Part shown: positions 18,333-28,411 of the stretch, one piece after another | Numbering within the stretch: the stretch's first letter is position 1 | How the letters are laid out: each line of letters opens with the position of its first letter | Virus record (IMG/VR): IMGVR_UViG_3300030104_001324 | Span: 1 to 57,721 of that record | Strand: one strand, 5' to 3' | Source: a virus | Lineage: Duplodnaviria; Caudoviricetes | Length of the DNA: 57,721 bases | Made by a program: the position numbers and the translations under genes | The notes under the pieces: model-generated | Seen by the model: the letters and a program-made list of their open reading frames with translations, nothing else | Database searches by the model: none | Told to the model about the DNA's origin: nothing

Positions 18333-18788
18333 CTACCTCCTAACTTTTTTAAGGGGGAAAGGAATGATATTAGGGTATTTGTGTTTCCCTTTTTCCTTAA
18401 CCCATGCTTCAGGTATAACACGAGTATCATATAAGAACCCATGTTTCTCACACCAATTAGCATACGTAGTCTTTGAACCCTTGCGTATCTTACGTTTACT
18501 GTTCTCAAAGATAAACCGTATGTCTAGTTTGGAATGTTGTTTTTTTATAGCAAGATGTTTTCTTCTATCACTTGCAGTGAACATGCCTTTGCTCTCAATA
18601 ATAATACCATTGTTTAAAACAAAGTCAGGTGTATAGGTACGGTAACAGAGGTCTTCCCATTCAATCTTAATTTTCTCATAGAGATACTTAACCTTCCTCT
18701 CTTTAAGATCAATAGAGATCTTATGTTCAAGACCACTACGATACCCATACTTCCTTGCAGCTTGAAACTGTTTACTGTTGAGTGACAT
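18333..18788 (-). CDS. T7 endonuclease I-like Holliday junction resolvase
   Basis: YRSGLE...YTPDF...IESKG...DIRFIF...TYANWCEKHGF. Confidence 0.9.
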   Translation of the reverse strand: MSLNSKQFQAARKYGYRSGLEHKISIDLKERKVKYLYEKIKIEWEDLCYRTYTPDFVLNNGIIIESKGMFTASDRRKHLAIKKQHSKLDIRFIFENSKRKIRKGSKTTYANWCEKHGFLYDTRVIPEAWVKEKGKHKYPNIIPFPLKKVRR

Positions 18789-19614
18789 AAGCTACTGTCT
18801 TTGGTTCTTTTGCCTGTGAAAACTTAGCAGGTTTTTCTTCTAGGGTAGGAAAGCATGCATACTTATAACTACAGAACCTACAGTTGTCATTCAGTACCGT
18901 GTTCCCTGTCTCTTTACCCCTCCACTTCTCAGGTACAGGCTCAAAGCAACGCTTAAACTCATTCTCATTAAGAGTATCAACAGTGTGTTGTATCTTGGTG
19001 ATCTCTTCGTCAAGGTTTATATCTGCCTTAACATACTTAAACTCACCATTGGCTTTGTTTACAACCCACCAACCACCTGCTTTCTTATCTGCAGCACGAG
19101 CATAGCCTGCTAGTTGTGACACATAACCAAACGAATCACCCTGTGCAAGTGTGTCATAAGATGCAAACTTATTACGATAGGACCAATCAGACGCAGACTT
19201 AACGTCATCTACAGCGTCATCAATTACAAGGTCATACTCACCTGTAATCTCATCGTCTTCTAGCTTGAGTGTAACTTTAGAATTGTCTTCATATGTTACC
19301 CCTGCTTCTGTAAGTAATGCTTTAAATACAGCTTCAACTATATCACCTAGCATCATGTTCATAATAAAGGTAGTAGGTTTAGGAAGTGCTTTCTCTGGAT
19401 GATTCTTTTCAAACCAGAGTTGGCAGGTGGGTCTGCCTACATTAGACATACGTAGGCGAAACTCATCCCTCTTGTTACCACCACTAAACTGACGTTGCAT
19501 TGCAGACTTTATATCGTCAGCCACCTTATTGATGGTGGCCTCCGACATTTTTGTTTTGCCTTGTGCAGCGTCCTCCATGTATTGATGGAGAGCCATTTCT
19601 GCAGGATGCATCAT
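18772..19614 (-). CDS. PD-(D/E)xK exonuclease (Cas4/RecB-like)
   Basis: GEYDL...DVKS catalytic motif, QLAGY, and Cys cluster C...CRFCSYKYAC. Confidence 0.8.
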   Translation of the reverse strand: MMHPAEMALHQYMEDAAQGKTKMSEATINKVADDIKSAMQRQFSGGNKRDEFRLRMSNVGRPTCQLWFEKNHPEKALPKPTTFIMNMMLGDIVEAVFKALLTEAGVTYEDNSKVTLKLEDDEITGEYDLVIDDAVDDVKSASDWSYRNKFASYDTLAQGDSFGYVSQLAGYARAADKKAGGWWVVNKANGEFKYVKADINLDEEITKIQHTVDTLNENEFKRCFEPVPEKWRGKETGNTVLNDNCRFCSYKYACFPTLEEKPAKFSQAKEPKTVAYVTQQ

Positions 19615-20507
19615 TGTACTGTAGCGTCTTCTACGTCAATAAAATCCTCGACATCTATATCAACTTCCTGTTTGTCACGAACATTCTCGTTCCAAGCATT
19701 AAAGATATAACTGTTATAGTTGTCTACCCATGCCATGAAGTCAGCAAATATAGCCTGCTCTTCGTCCTCTACACGTAGAGTTTCTGTCATGTTTAGCTTA
19801 GTAGCAGGAACATAATAGCTATTGCCGTTAGGTATCTGCCTTGCCTCAGTAGTAAGCTCAATATTATGCTGAACAAATAGCCTCTTCATCTTAGAATACT
19901 GAGTAAAGCAACCACCTATGGTAGCGTAGGCTTCTCTGTTTTCCACTTCCCAAATGCATGGAGTTACACCAACGTCAACAGGAGAACCTTTATCATCAAC
20001 AGGGTTAATAAGCTCCACAGTACCTAAGACTACACGCACACGCTTAATGGATCGGTATAGATCCTGTATGTCCTTTGGTAAAGCTTTCCAATCCTTAACC
20101 CAATGATCGCTCTTACCGCAGTTAAAGCCACCATCGTTGTCCTTCAAATCAATCTTGAAGTTTTCCTCAGTCATAATAGTTTTTATGTACCGATTCTTAG
20201 TTTCACCTGAACCCATAACAAATCGCTTATACATGTAACGCTGTAGGTATGGACGTAGTTTAACAGACGTAGCGTAATAGGTAGGTCCATCAGGTATCTC
20301 TAACTTATAAGATCCTCCTTCGACTACCTCTACATTCTTCTGCTTACCATTCACTTCAGCCGTACCCATAATAGGTGAGTGGCTAATACGAAAACGTGCA
20401 AGCGTACTAGATTTTTTAGAGGAAGTACTGGCTTCATCCGAAATGCCCATAGCTTTAGCCATAGCTGCATAGTTGTTAGTATCAATAGTTACAATATCAT
20501 TCATCAT
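19611..20507 (-). CDS. Putative single-stranded DNA-binding protein
   Basis: Lies between polymerase and exonuclease, has its own promoter and an acidic C-terminal tail. Confidence 0.5.
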   Translation of the reverse strand: MMNDIVTIDTNNYAAMAKAMGISDEASTSSKKSSTLARFRISHSPIMGTAEVNGKQKNVEVVEGGSYKLEIPDGPTYYATSVKLRPYLQRYMYKRFVMGSGETKNRYIKTIMTEENFKIDLKDNDGGFNCGKSDHWVKDWKALPKDIQDLYRSIKRVRVVLGTVELINPVDDKGSPVDVGVTPCIWEVENREAYATIGGCFTQYSKMKRLFVQHNIELTTEARQIPNGNSYYVPATKLNMTETLRVEDEEQAIFADFMAWVDNYNSYIFNAWNENVRDKQEVDIDVEDFIDVEDATVQ

Positions 20508-20539
20508 TATTTACTCCTTTCAAAAGTGTTAAAGTCTTA

Positions 20540-20568
20540 GTTATATCATGCTACGTCCTTGGTGTCAA
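20540..20568 (-). promoter_or_regulatory. Sigma70-type promoter
   Basis: TTGACA-N17-TATAAC with extended TG, upstream of 20507. Confidence 0.75.
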
Positions 20569-22588
20569 GCCAATTCGGACCTATTTTTGCTTCTAATAAT
20601 AAGGGTACATTAAAGTTAACATTCCATCTCTTATCAATGATGTCTTTTAACTTCTCATTTGTACTATCTATTACTTTAAGAACAGCATGTTCCTCATTGG
20701 GGTGAACATCAATCACAATAGAATCGTGTACTGTATTCACAATACAACTTCTCAGGTCTTTGAGTTCCTTATCTATGTGTAGTAGTGCTATAGGTACAAT
20801 GTCTGCTGTCGCAAAGGACTGCACAGGATAATTCTTTATCTGTGTAAAGTGCGAGACAGTATTATTGCGTCTACGTACAACATCAGGAAAGGAAAACTCT
20901 CGTCCTGAAGGGGTTGAGATCTTGCCAGTGTTTAAGGCTTCATCAGCAAGACGTTTATGCCACTTGGCTATACCTGCATACTTGCTATTGAACTGCGAAT
21001 AATATGCAGCTTCAGCAGGTGTTCGCCCATATCCACTAGCACCATACAACGGTGCGAATGTGTGAGCCTTGGCATCTTGTCTTGATGTAGGTTGCCCTGC
21101 TTCGGATATAACCTTGGCTGTATAGGCATGTACATCAAATCCTGTAGCTACTTCTTCCATAGCTGTCTTATCTTGTCCTAACCACGCGGCAACACGAAAC
21201 TCTAGCTGTGCAAAGTCAGCTTCCATGATCTTGCCACCTTCCCATCGTGACACAAACACCTTCTTCACAGGGAATGTACCACCTCTAGGCATGTTCTGCA
21301 TGTTAGGATCAGCACCACTTAACCTACCTGTAGAAGTTCTGTGCTGTAAAAGTCTAACGTGCAGGCGATTGTCAGGTTTGGTGTGTGTTCTGATTCCCTC
21401 CACAAATGAGGACAGGTATGTGTCAATGGCTGAGAGCCTTTGCACCCTACTAAGAAAAGCAACAGCACCATCCATATTCCTAGCACGAGCAATCCCTTCA
21501 AGATACAATAGGTTTGTTTTGTTTGTGCTGAAACCATTAGCACTAACCCATTTAGCATTTGGCGCATTGAACTTTAACCCTGCAACAACATTACTAATAG
21601 GGGTAAAGATATACCCAATACCAGTACAGTCATTACATTTGTTTGATCTAGCAAATAGTTTTCCATCTTTCTTTACCTTTCTAACTGAGCCTGTTCCCTT
21701 ACAGGCAGTACACTGATGAGCCTTCTGTTTAAGAAGAACCTGCGACTGATCCTTAACACAGTCCTTATATGAATCATTAGCCATGTAAGGATCAAATGTA
21801 TTTGCCCATACAGTTTTGTCCTTTGGCTTACGACTATACACAATCCATGATAGTTGTTCAGGACTGTTAAGATTGATGGGCATGTCTCCCATTAGTTCCC
21901 TTACCTGCTTGTTAAGGTCAGACACTAACTGTTGTCTCTCTCTTTCAAACTCATCCTTAACTTGTCCAAGCTTGGACAAATCAACCTTGAACCCACGCTG
22001 ATAGATACGTGCTAGACACACAACTACCTGATTAGTTAGGTCAACTGTGTCACGTAAGCTACTGTCTTCTAATAATAATCTTTTGTATATCCTGTCGGAT
22101 AACTGCTGTGTAGCGTACAGATCAGCAGTCAGGTAGTCTACCAGTTCCTTCCAAGGGATGTCAGCAGTAGAGTAACCCTTACTAAAGTAAGCCTTGAGTG
22201 TGTCCTGCTTCTTAGTGTCTAGGTTATATCTCTCAGCACATGCCTCAAGGGAGAGTGGTTCTTTCAACCCACGTTGTAAGACGTACTCACCTAGCATGGT
22301 ATCAAACACAGGACCATCATAGGTAAACCCACTCTCCCACAGCCACAACAAATCGTATGCTGCATTATGCATTATAAGTATTGTTGATCTATCCAACCAA
22401 TCTTGTACCACCTTGTGTCCATCCTTCCAAGGATCAACCTCATTGTGATTGAATGTAATGATAGCTTTCTCACCTGTGTCCGATAACATACCCACCATTA
22501 CAAGCTCATTCGTAGCTTCAAATGGATCAAGGTGCATCTTACCATCACGCTTGGTTACAGTGTTCTCTATGTCAAGTGTTAGTTTCAT
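20546..22588 (-). CDS. polA: Family A DNA polymerase with 3'-5' exonuclease and DnaJ-type zinc-finger insertion
   Basis: ExoI LDIEN, ExoII HNAAYD, TGRLS, motif A DFAQLEFR, motif B AKAHTFAPLYG, motif C VHDS. Insert CTACKGTG...CNDCTGIG. Confidence 0.95.
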   Translation of the reverse strand: MKLTLDIENTVTKRDGKMHLDPFEATNELVMVGMLSDTGEKAIITFNHNEVDPWKDGHKVVQDWLDRSTILIMHNAAYDLLWLWESGFTYDGPVFDTMLGEYVLQRGLKEPLSLEACAERYNLDTKKQDTLKAYFSKGYSTADIPWKELVDYLTADLYATQQLSDRIYKRLLLEDSSLRDTVDLTNQVVVCLARIYQRGFKVDLSKLGQVKDEFERERQQLVSDLNKQVRELMGDMPINLNSPEQLSWIVYSRKPKDKTVWANTFDPYMANDSYKDCVKDQSQVLLKQKAHQCTACKGTGSVRKVKKDGKLFARSNKCNDCTGIGYIFTPISNVVAGLKFNAPNAKWVSANGFSTNKTNLLYLEGIARARNMDGAVAFLSRVQRLSAIDTYLSSFVEGIRTHTKPDNRLHVRLLQHRTSTGRLSGADPNMQNMPRGGTFPVKKVFVSRWEGGKIMEADFAQLEFRVAAWLGQDKTAMEEVATGFDVHAYTAKVISEAGQPTSRQDAKAHTFAPLYGASGYGRTPAEAAYYSQFNSKYAGIAKWHKRLADEALNTGKISTPSGREFSFPDVVRRRNNTVSHFTQIKNYPVQSFATADIVPIALLHIDKELKDLRSCIVNTVHDSIVIDVHPNEEHAVLKVIDSTNEKLKDIIDKRWNVNFNVPLLLEAKIGPNWLDTKDVA
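21964..21977. repeat. GTCCAAGCTTGGAC palindrome, copy 1 (inside polA)
   Basis: Perfect 18-bp palindrome TTGTCCAAGCTTGGACAA at 21962-21979. Confidence 0.9.
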
Positions 22589-23111
22589 TTTCCATACTCC
22601 TTACTATATTAATAGCACTATGTAAAGGAAGCTTAAACCATTCAGACTGTCTGTCCTCTGCTAGTTCATTAGCCTTTTTATGTGCCATAGTTTCTGCTTT
22701 TCTTCTGTCCTTCACAGGTACAGCTACCTCTAACTTATAATCCCTGAGAGGAGATGACGTTTGGTAGCTGTTACATCTATCTGATGCATCCATTGCCATG
22801 CCTATCTTTACCCAACCTTTCCATGCAGGATTTGATATAGCATATACATATCCATCTTTTGATCTCTGCACATTTTCAAAAGAGGAAAAGGCGGCATCAT
22901 TGAAAGATGTATAGCGACCTGCTTTATATAAAGGGTGGGATCGTGGTATATACTTTCCATCAACGTACATTCTATTTGAATTGACCACAGAATTATTGGT
23001 ATAGGTTTTAGCACAGCCTTTACATTGTAGTCTGTCTTCTTTCTCCCAAGACAGAGGCCAGTTAACATAAGCAGTTAATTCTACGTTACAAGTTTTACAT
23101 CTTTTTATCAT
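22572..23111 (-). CDS. GIY-YIG-like (T5orf172 domain) protein with N-terminal zinc finger
   Basis: GYVYAISNPAWKGWVKIG...SEWF and CxxC...CxxC. Confidence 0.75.
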   Translation of the reverse strand: MIKRCKTCNVELTAYVNWPLSWEKEDRLQCKGCAKTYTNNSVVNSNRMYVDGKYIPRSHPLYKAGRYTSFNDAAFSSFENVQRSKDGYVYAISNPAWKGWVKIGMAMDASDRCNSYQTSSPLRDYKLEVAVPVKDRRKAETMAHKKANELAEDRQSEWFKLPLHSAINIVRSMENETNT

Positions 23112-24334
23112 GCTGTGTACCTCGCTGTTTTGTAGTCAAGATTACATGTGATTATACCATGATAACCTGACAGTTTGTTTTTTACAATATTAATATGTCT
23201 CTGTGGATCTTCGTCTTCTCCGTTGTTATTGGTAGCAGGGTTCTTTGCAAGTAAGATCATAAGATCTGCTTCAGCAGCCTTACCTGTACGACTGCCCTCC
23301 ATCATGGCTTGGTTAAGTATAACCTTACCCTCTGCTTCAGCAGATAGCTGTGACATGTAGAAGATAGCACAGTTGTGTTGCTTTGCAATCATACGAGCAT
23401 GGACTGCGTTAGCCTTGAGTGCTTCATCCTGTCGAGCAAAGCCTCCTGTCTTGGCAAACTTGTCACCCATATCTAACACCACAATGTCAGGCTTATATGA
23501 CTTACAGATTGACTCAACCCAAGACATATCTCTGCCTGTCACATCACGTACCTTGATGTTCTGATGTACAGGATCATATAATTCTCTGGCTTTTTTTGGG
23601 TTAACTTTGATGTCTTGAACAGACATACCTGATGCTGCAGTAAGATACCTAGCACCAACTCTGTGTGATGCTTCTTCGTTACATAAGACAATGCAGTTAG
23701 CACCCTGCCTAGCAAATCCATTCGGACCTGCAATAAGACTTGCATGGAAAGATGTCTTACCTGTGTTAGGTCTAGCACCTACCTCAACCAAGTGACCTTC
23801 ATTAACACCTTCAAGCACACGAGTAAGGGAAGGTATATTGAAAGCCCATCGTGCTTCCATCTTGTTCTTGGCAAGCAGGGTTTCCATAGACATGTCATCC
23901 CACTCAACCTTGAGATCAGGAGTGAAGTCATCTGAGTAGGACTCAAGTAAGTGACGCAACGGCTCAAGGCTAGTCTGCGTACCGTTTACATAGTCAAACC
24001 CTAAGTTCGCTATGTCCTCACCAATTACCTGTTGGAATAGTTTGGATAACACTTCCTGTGCTACGTCACTACCCATAGGTGTTTCAGTTTTAATCTTACG
24101 AAACAGATCTGAGTATGCCTGCTTCTGTGCTGTTGTTAGTGTGGGATTGCCTGACATGAAGAGAGCTTCTATCTCATCAGGTGTGACAGTCCTTTCATAT
24201 CTGTCCATAGCAAGATCAATAGACTGCTTAATCTTTCGGACATCTTTTGTGAATAGTCTATCAGGACATCTAGCACCACGATGCTCTTCGTAGAACTCCT
24301 TGTCCATTAGACTACGTATTAATGATAACTCCAT
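23108..24334 (-). CDS. DnaB-like SF4 replicative helicase
   Basis: Walker A GARPNTGKT, VVLD, MSQLS, ADLMI, VKNK. Confidence 0.9.
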   Translation of the reverse strand: MELSLIRSLMDKEFYEEHRGARCPDRLFTKDVRKIKQSIDLAMDRYERTVTPDEIEALFMSGNPTLTTAQKQAYSDLFRKIKTETPMGSDVAQEVLSKLFQQVIGEDIANLGFDYVNGTQTSLEPLRHLLESYSDDFTPDLKVEWDDMSMETLLAKNKMEARWAFNIPSLTRVLEGVNEGHLVEVGARPNTGKTSFHASLIAGPNGFARQGANCIVLCNEEASHRVGARYLTAASGMSVQDIKVNPKKARELYDPVHQNIKVRDVTGRDMSWVESICKSYKPDIVVLDMGDKFAKTGGFARQDEALKANAVHARMIAKQHNCAIFYMSQLSAEAEGKVILNQAMMEGSRTGKAAEADLMILLAKNPATNNNGEDEDPQRHINIVKNKLSGYHGIITCNLDYKTARYTA

Positions 24335-24335
24335 A

Positions 24336-25115
24336 TTATACTCCTATGTTGGTAAGACTATCTATGTCTTGGGGGTTTCTGTATTTTAAATCGTCTGTCA
24401 AACGTAATGCTTTTACGTCAGGCACATGAGTCTTTAGTTCTCGTACAAACGCTAGTGTCTTGGGTAATGCGTCAGGGTCTAGCGCAACTACTGCCGTAGA
24501 GAATTGTGATAAGTATCGCTTGTGTGATTCTGATAGTGATGTACCCAACACAGCAACCCCAACATGCACATCGCTAACTGTTCCAACCACTGCAGCACTT
24601 ACACAATCCTCTACAACTACTGCGACTTTACCATAGCCATGAGCATAAGGCAAGTCACTTTTTCCATATCGTTTCCACTTAGGTAATCTTTTATCAAGGC
24701 TACGTCCTGTAGCGTCAACGATCTTACCCTTGTGTACGATAGGGAACACAACCCTATGATCCTTTACGTCATACATCAACTCAGTAGTTTCTATATCCAG
24801 ACCATAGGTATTTGCAAATTCTAATACAACCTCATCATTATTATGAGGCACTATATACTCAGGTAAAGTAAAAGGCACTTCAACTATCTCTTCAGCAAAT
24901 GATCCAAGAGACTTGCGAATGTCCTCACTTGTAAGGTGTACTCTCTTACCTCCTGAGAGTGAGCAAGATACCTTGTAACAATTCCAAAGTATCTGACCCA
25001 TGTTGTTAGTGATAGTGAATGTCTTCTCCTTATTCTTACACATAGGACAAGTCATGCGTTTAGTTTCACCATCACGTAACTGTAAATCATTTATAAGTGT
25101 ATTGATATTAACCAT
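24336..25115 (-). CDS. DNA primase (zinc finger + TOPRIM)
   Basis: CPMC...CYKVSC zinc-binding domain, VVVED and ALDPD TOPRIM motifs. Start uncertain. Confidence 0.85.
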   Translation of the reverse strand: MVNINTLINDLQLRDGETKRMTCPMCKNKEKTFTITNNMGQILWNCYKVSCSLSGGKRVHLTSEDIRKSLGSFAEEIVEVPFTLPEYIVPHNNDEVVLEFANTYGLDIETTELMYDVKDHRVVFPIVHKGKIVDATGRSLDKRLPKWKRYGKSDLPYAHGYGKVAVVVEDCVSAAVVGTVSDVHVGVAVLGTSLSESHKRYLSQFSTAVVALDPDALPKTLAFVRELKTHVPDVKALRLTDDLKYRNPQDIDSLTNIGV

Positions 25116-26187
25116 TATACACACTTTTAACATGGGCATCACGAGTTGTCAAGGCATTATTTGCACTTGTAAAAGTATTTTTCATGTAGGGTTTAACCGA
25201 ACTTGGATTTGTATGACCTGTCACTGACATGATCTGCCCAAGTGACACACCTGCGTCCACCATTTCGGTTGTTCCTGTCCTCCGAATGTCCATTAATCGT
25301 AGCTCGTCAGACAATCCTGCCTCACGCATGACACCCCTTCCTTTTTTGGATAGTCCATACAAGGAATAGGGTATAAACTCCCCCTGTACAGGCTTTATTT
25401 GAGGGCATATGTACCTCTGAAAGCCAAAGTCCTTTCGTTGTTGTTCTAACATGTCAAATAGCTCCTCTGATATGGGTAAAAATACCTCTGCCCTACGCTT
25501 GGATTGCTTGATGTGAACCTGCCTATCGTTGATGCTTGTCCACTCTAACAGACGCATATCACCTAGCCTTTGCACCCATTCATAAGCCATCTGAACTATC
25601 AGTCCTACGTTCCTAGTGTCAAACTCAGCGTAAGCTGTCTCAAGAAACTTGGTAACATCAGCCCTAGTCCATACTACCTTGCGTTGTATAGGTGACTTAC
25701 GTGTTACCTGACTGAAAGGATTGAAGGGAGCATCATCAAACTGCACTGCGTATGTGAATAAGCGTGAGCTTACACTACAGGCATGGTTGGCAAAGGTTAT
25801 CCCTCTGTTCAACCACTTGTTGTATATCTGCTTTGCATCTTTCAGTGTCACAGACTTGTACTTCCTATTGCCTATGTCCTCAGATAACTGACGCATGAAG
25901 TATCGGTAGTCTGTCTGTGTCTTGTCACGTAACTGTGCAAAATCCCATGAATCTGTGTACGCTCTAACGATTTGATTGACAGTGCTTGTACTACGTATCT
26001 CATTGCTATCCTCCTGATCCTTTCGCCATGTATCTATGATCCTATTGAGATTAGAAGCCTTGCGTTTAGCTGTGGCTAGGTCTTTGCCTAGCTCACAACG
26101 TGACACAATGCCCTGATCCACAAACTTCTGTGGTGGATTGAACCTATAGCTATCCATACGCTTCTGTGTAAAACGAGGTAGTGCCAT
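25108..26187 (-). CDS. Tyrosine recombinase / integrase
   Basis: QRLGD (Arg I), QSK (Lys), MDIRRTG (Arg II), TGH, and KPY (Tyr). Preceded by a core-binding-like domain. Confidence 0.85.
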   Translation of the reverse strand: MALPRFTQKRMDSYRFNPPQKFVDQGIVSRCELGKDLATAKRKASNLNRIIDTWRKDQEDSNEIRSTSTVNQIVRAYTDSWDFAQLRDKTQTDYRYFMRQLSEDIGNRKYKSVTLKDAKQIYNKWLNRGITFANHACSVSSRLFTYAVQFDDAPFNPFSQVTRKSPIQRKVVWTRADVTKFLETAYAEFDTRNVGLIVQMAYEWVQRLGDMRLLEWTSINDRQVHIKQSKRRAEVFLPISEELFDMLEQQRKDFGFQRYICPQIKPVQGEFIPYSLYGLSKKGRGVMREAGLSDELRLMDIRRTGTTEMVDAGVSLGQIMSVTGHTNPSSVKPYMKNTFTSANNALTTRDAHVKSVYNG

Positions 26188-26189
26188 TG

Positions 26190-26429
26190 CTAATATTTCC
26201 TTTCATAAAATGTGAAATTTCCAAACTCATCACAGAATTTTTTTACGCTATCAAAATTTGGTCTTGGTTTTTTACATCTTTTGTCAAATCCTATTTCGTA
26301 GTTAAGATAATTTAAAGCCTCTTCTTCGGTATTAAACTCTATATTTTCTACTACTATCTCGTGAACATCACCTTTCCAATCATCCCAATAGAACTCATCA
26401 CTAGCATCTCTTAGTAAAAATTTACTCAT
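26190..26429 (-). CDS. Hypothetical protein
   Basis: Likely start is MSKFLL at the ATGA overlap with the upstream stop. AT-rich. Confidence 0.5.
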   Translation of the reverse strand: MSKFLLRDASDEFYWDDWKGDVHEIVVENIEFNTEEEALNYLNYEIGFDKRCKKPRPNFDSVKKFCDEFGNFTFYERKY

Positions 26430-27274
26430 ACTGCCACCAAGTCTTGAAACTGCTTGGACTTTACCCACTTGGTAACGTCAAGCTCTCTGTTCCACATGGA
26501 TACTGCTTCAGTATCTTTGCCTGTGTTACGTAGCTTAAAGCCGTTACGCTCATCAGCATAGCTTGCATAGTTAGTGAAAGCACTGTAGATGCTGTATGCA
26601 TTAGCACCTCGTGTGCTTACCTCTGCACCATAGAGTGAGTACATCTTCTCTGCCTGTTTGTCAGACATGATCTTCTCAAACAGAGCCTTAACATCTACAC
26701 TGGCTGTTGATGTGTTCGCCCACTGTTGTAGTGTATTAGCCTGATCGTAGAAGTCTGTTGATGACTGCTCTAGTTGTCTGCCAAAGCCATCTATGCAGAA
26801 GTTGGATGTGTTCTTACGCTTCACAATGTCATGCTCACCTCGCACCATCTTGTTTGTGCAGAAGAATGATATCTGTCCATACACCACGATGTTAGAACAC
26901 AGACCATCAACTCCATGCAGACCTATGATACGCTGTCCAATCTTCTCGCTATGCTTATCTGTATAGATGTCATAGCTTACGTTAGGTAATGTGATGTCCA
27001 TCATCATGTACCCATCATTACGAGCAGACCTCCAATCAATAGTCATGCCTTCTAGCTCTTCAGCAGATAGCTTGTCCTGCATAGTATTCCATACAGTGTG
27101 AGCAAAGTTTGTGTGTGACGTAGTGGTAAAGCCATTACCCACCACGTTAAGGTATGTGTCTGTACCTTTAACCTTGACGTACTTCTTGTCAGGAACTTTG
27201 GATGGCTCATACTCCACCTCAAAGTCAAAGTTCTCAGGTACATGAAAGTTAGTTGTTGTTAAATCAAATGGCAT
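26426..27274 (-). CDS. DUF932/DUF945-like protein
   Basis: VVGNGFTTTSH...G.DG....FFCTNKM...AYSIYSAFTNYAS. Start moved to ATG 27274 (SD AGGAGA, downstream of a promoter). Confidence 0.65.
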   Translation of the reverse strand: MPFDLTTTNFHVPENFDFEVEYEPSKVPDKKYVKVKGTDTYLNVVGNGFTTTSHTNFAHTVWNTMQDKLSAEELEGMTIDWRSARNDGYMMMDITLPNVSYDIYTDKHSEKIGQRIIGLHGVDGLCSNIVVYGQISFFCTNKMVRGEHDIVKRKNTSNFCIDGFGRQLEQSSTDFYDQANTLQQWANTSTASVDVKALFEKIMSDKQAEKMYSLYGAEVSTRGANAYSIYSAFTNYASYADERNGFKLRNTGKDTEAVSMWNRELDVTKWVKSKQFQDLVAV

Positions 27275-27322
27275 TTGTAATCTCCTTTTCTGTTTGGGTT
27301 GCAACTGATAGTTAGTTATATA

Positions 27323-27351
27323 GTTATAACATAGCGTGATGTTAATGTCAA
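27323..27351 (-). promoter_or_regulatory. Sigma70-type promoter
   Basis: TTGACA-N17-TATAAC. Confidence 0.75.
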
Positions 27352-27382
27352 GATATGATCTGACCAATCATCACATGGGTCG

Positions 27383-27661
27383 TTAGGTATTTCTGCTGAG
27401 TTCATTCGCTATCTCCTGTCTTGCGTTCCATCTTATCCAACTGTACATACAGTGATCCTCACCATAGCATAGGTCAATTAGAGAAACAAGGTTATACTTT
27501 TTATCTTTCTTCCACTGCCAGTTCCTTGCACTGAATGGTTGATGTACCCTGCCACCTGTCACCACATTGAGTAACATGGACAGAGAGATCAACACACGCA
27601 GGCAATAAGAACCTGTGGAACTTGTCCAAGCTTGGACGAATTTGTTAACCACATTTATCAT
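27383..27661 (-). CDS. Hypothetical protein
   Basis: SD AAGGAGGAG, LLNVVTGG...FSAR...DHC pattern. Contains palindrome copy 2. Confidence 0.65.
   Translation of the reverse strand: MINVVNKFVQAWTSSTGSYCLRVLISLSMLLNVVTGGRVHQPFSARNWQWKKDKKYNLVSLIDLCYGEDHCMYSWIRWNARQEIANELSRNT
27624..27637. repeat. GTCCAAGCTTGGAC palindrome, copy 2
   Basis: Exact match. Read as VQAWT in the CDS. Confidence 0.9.
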
Positions 27662-27798
27662 AGGTCTAGCTCCTCCTTAAATTTTTCAATAGTTTCTAAT
27701 ATAAAATCAAATATGTAAGCTTCTTTAATATCTGAGGCTGCCATAGTTTTAAGATAAACATTTATCATCATAAGTAAATCATCCTTTGTTCCTTTCAT
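27658..27798 (-). CDS. Small hypothetical protein (46 aa, not in ORF track)
   Basis: MKGTKDDLLMMINVYLK..., SD AGGAGA, coupled to its neighbours. Confidence 0.55.
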   Translation of the reverse strand: MKGTKDDLLMMINVYLKTMAASDIKEAYIFDFILETIEKFKEELDL

Positions 27799-28323
27799 TA
27801 GTTTCTCCTTTCATTTCTTTCAGTACCTTTTCTACTACCTCCTCTTTGGTATGACCAAAGTAAACTGTATCATTATACACGAGGGTATAACTAGGCAGTC
27901 CTGCGTCATAGTATTTATTCAGATGTTGATCTTTGACCTGCAAGCCTAGCTCTAGTTTCAGCTTTGATCTTAGCGTTGAGCTTCTTCTTTCGTTCATCAT
28001 TCTCCTCCCTAGTTATGAACTCAAAGTTCTTTACGTTACGCATCTTCCTAGCTTGCCTTACATAACCATCCTTCTCAGCTTGGTCAACACATACTACTAT
28101 TAAAGGCATGACCTTAAACATCTCCTTCATTTTCTGTATCTCTTTTTTGTAGTCCTTCATGTGCTTCCTCCTTTGTGTCTGCATCCATAATTGTCTTTAT
28201 CATGTCAGCCTTCCACCCATCTATGTAACGTAGGTCAGCTATAATCCTCCTCTTTGCTAGGTCTATGTGTGCTTCTTCTTCTTTTTTTTTCGCCATATTA
28301 TTACTCCCATTATTATCAGCCAT
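27779..28323 (-). CDS. Three overlapping small early hypothetical proteins (27779-28000, 27915-about 28160, 28114-about 28296)
   Basis: Chain of overlapping short ORFs with SD-like motifs. Starts uncertain. Confidence 0.45.
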
Positions 28324-28411
28324 ACTGCATCCATATCATCATCCCTATAAATATTACCACTAAGACTAGCATAGTAAAATCATTAGGGTCTTTGTTATTC
28401 CAATAGCTCAT
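28316..28411 (-). CDS. Small membrane peptide (31 aa, not in ORF track)
   Basis: MSYWNNKDPNDFTMLVLVVIFIGMMIWMQYG, SD AAGGA. Confidence 0.45.
   Translation of the reverse strand: MSYWNNKDPNDFTMLVLVVIFIGMMIWMQYG

Noticed and set aside
18772-19614. Cas4 as part of a CRISPR system
   Set aside because: It is a stand-alone PD-(D/E)xK nuclease in a standard phage replication operon.
15650-24334. GG-containing motifs in enzymes (MPRGG in PolA, VVVGG and KTFGG in NrdJ, FAKTGG in helicase) as tags
   Set aside because: They lie inside folded catalytic domains and illustrate the background rate of this short motif.
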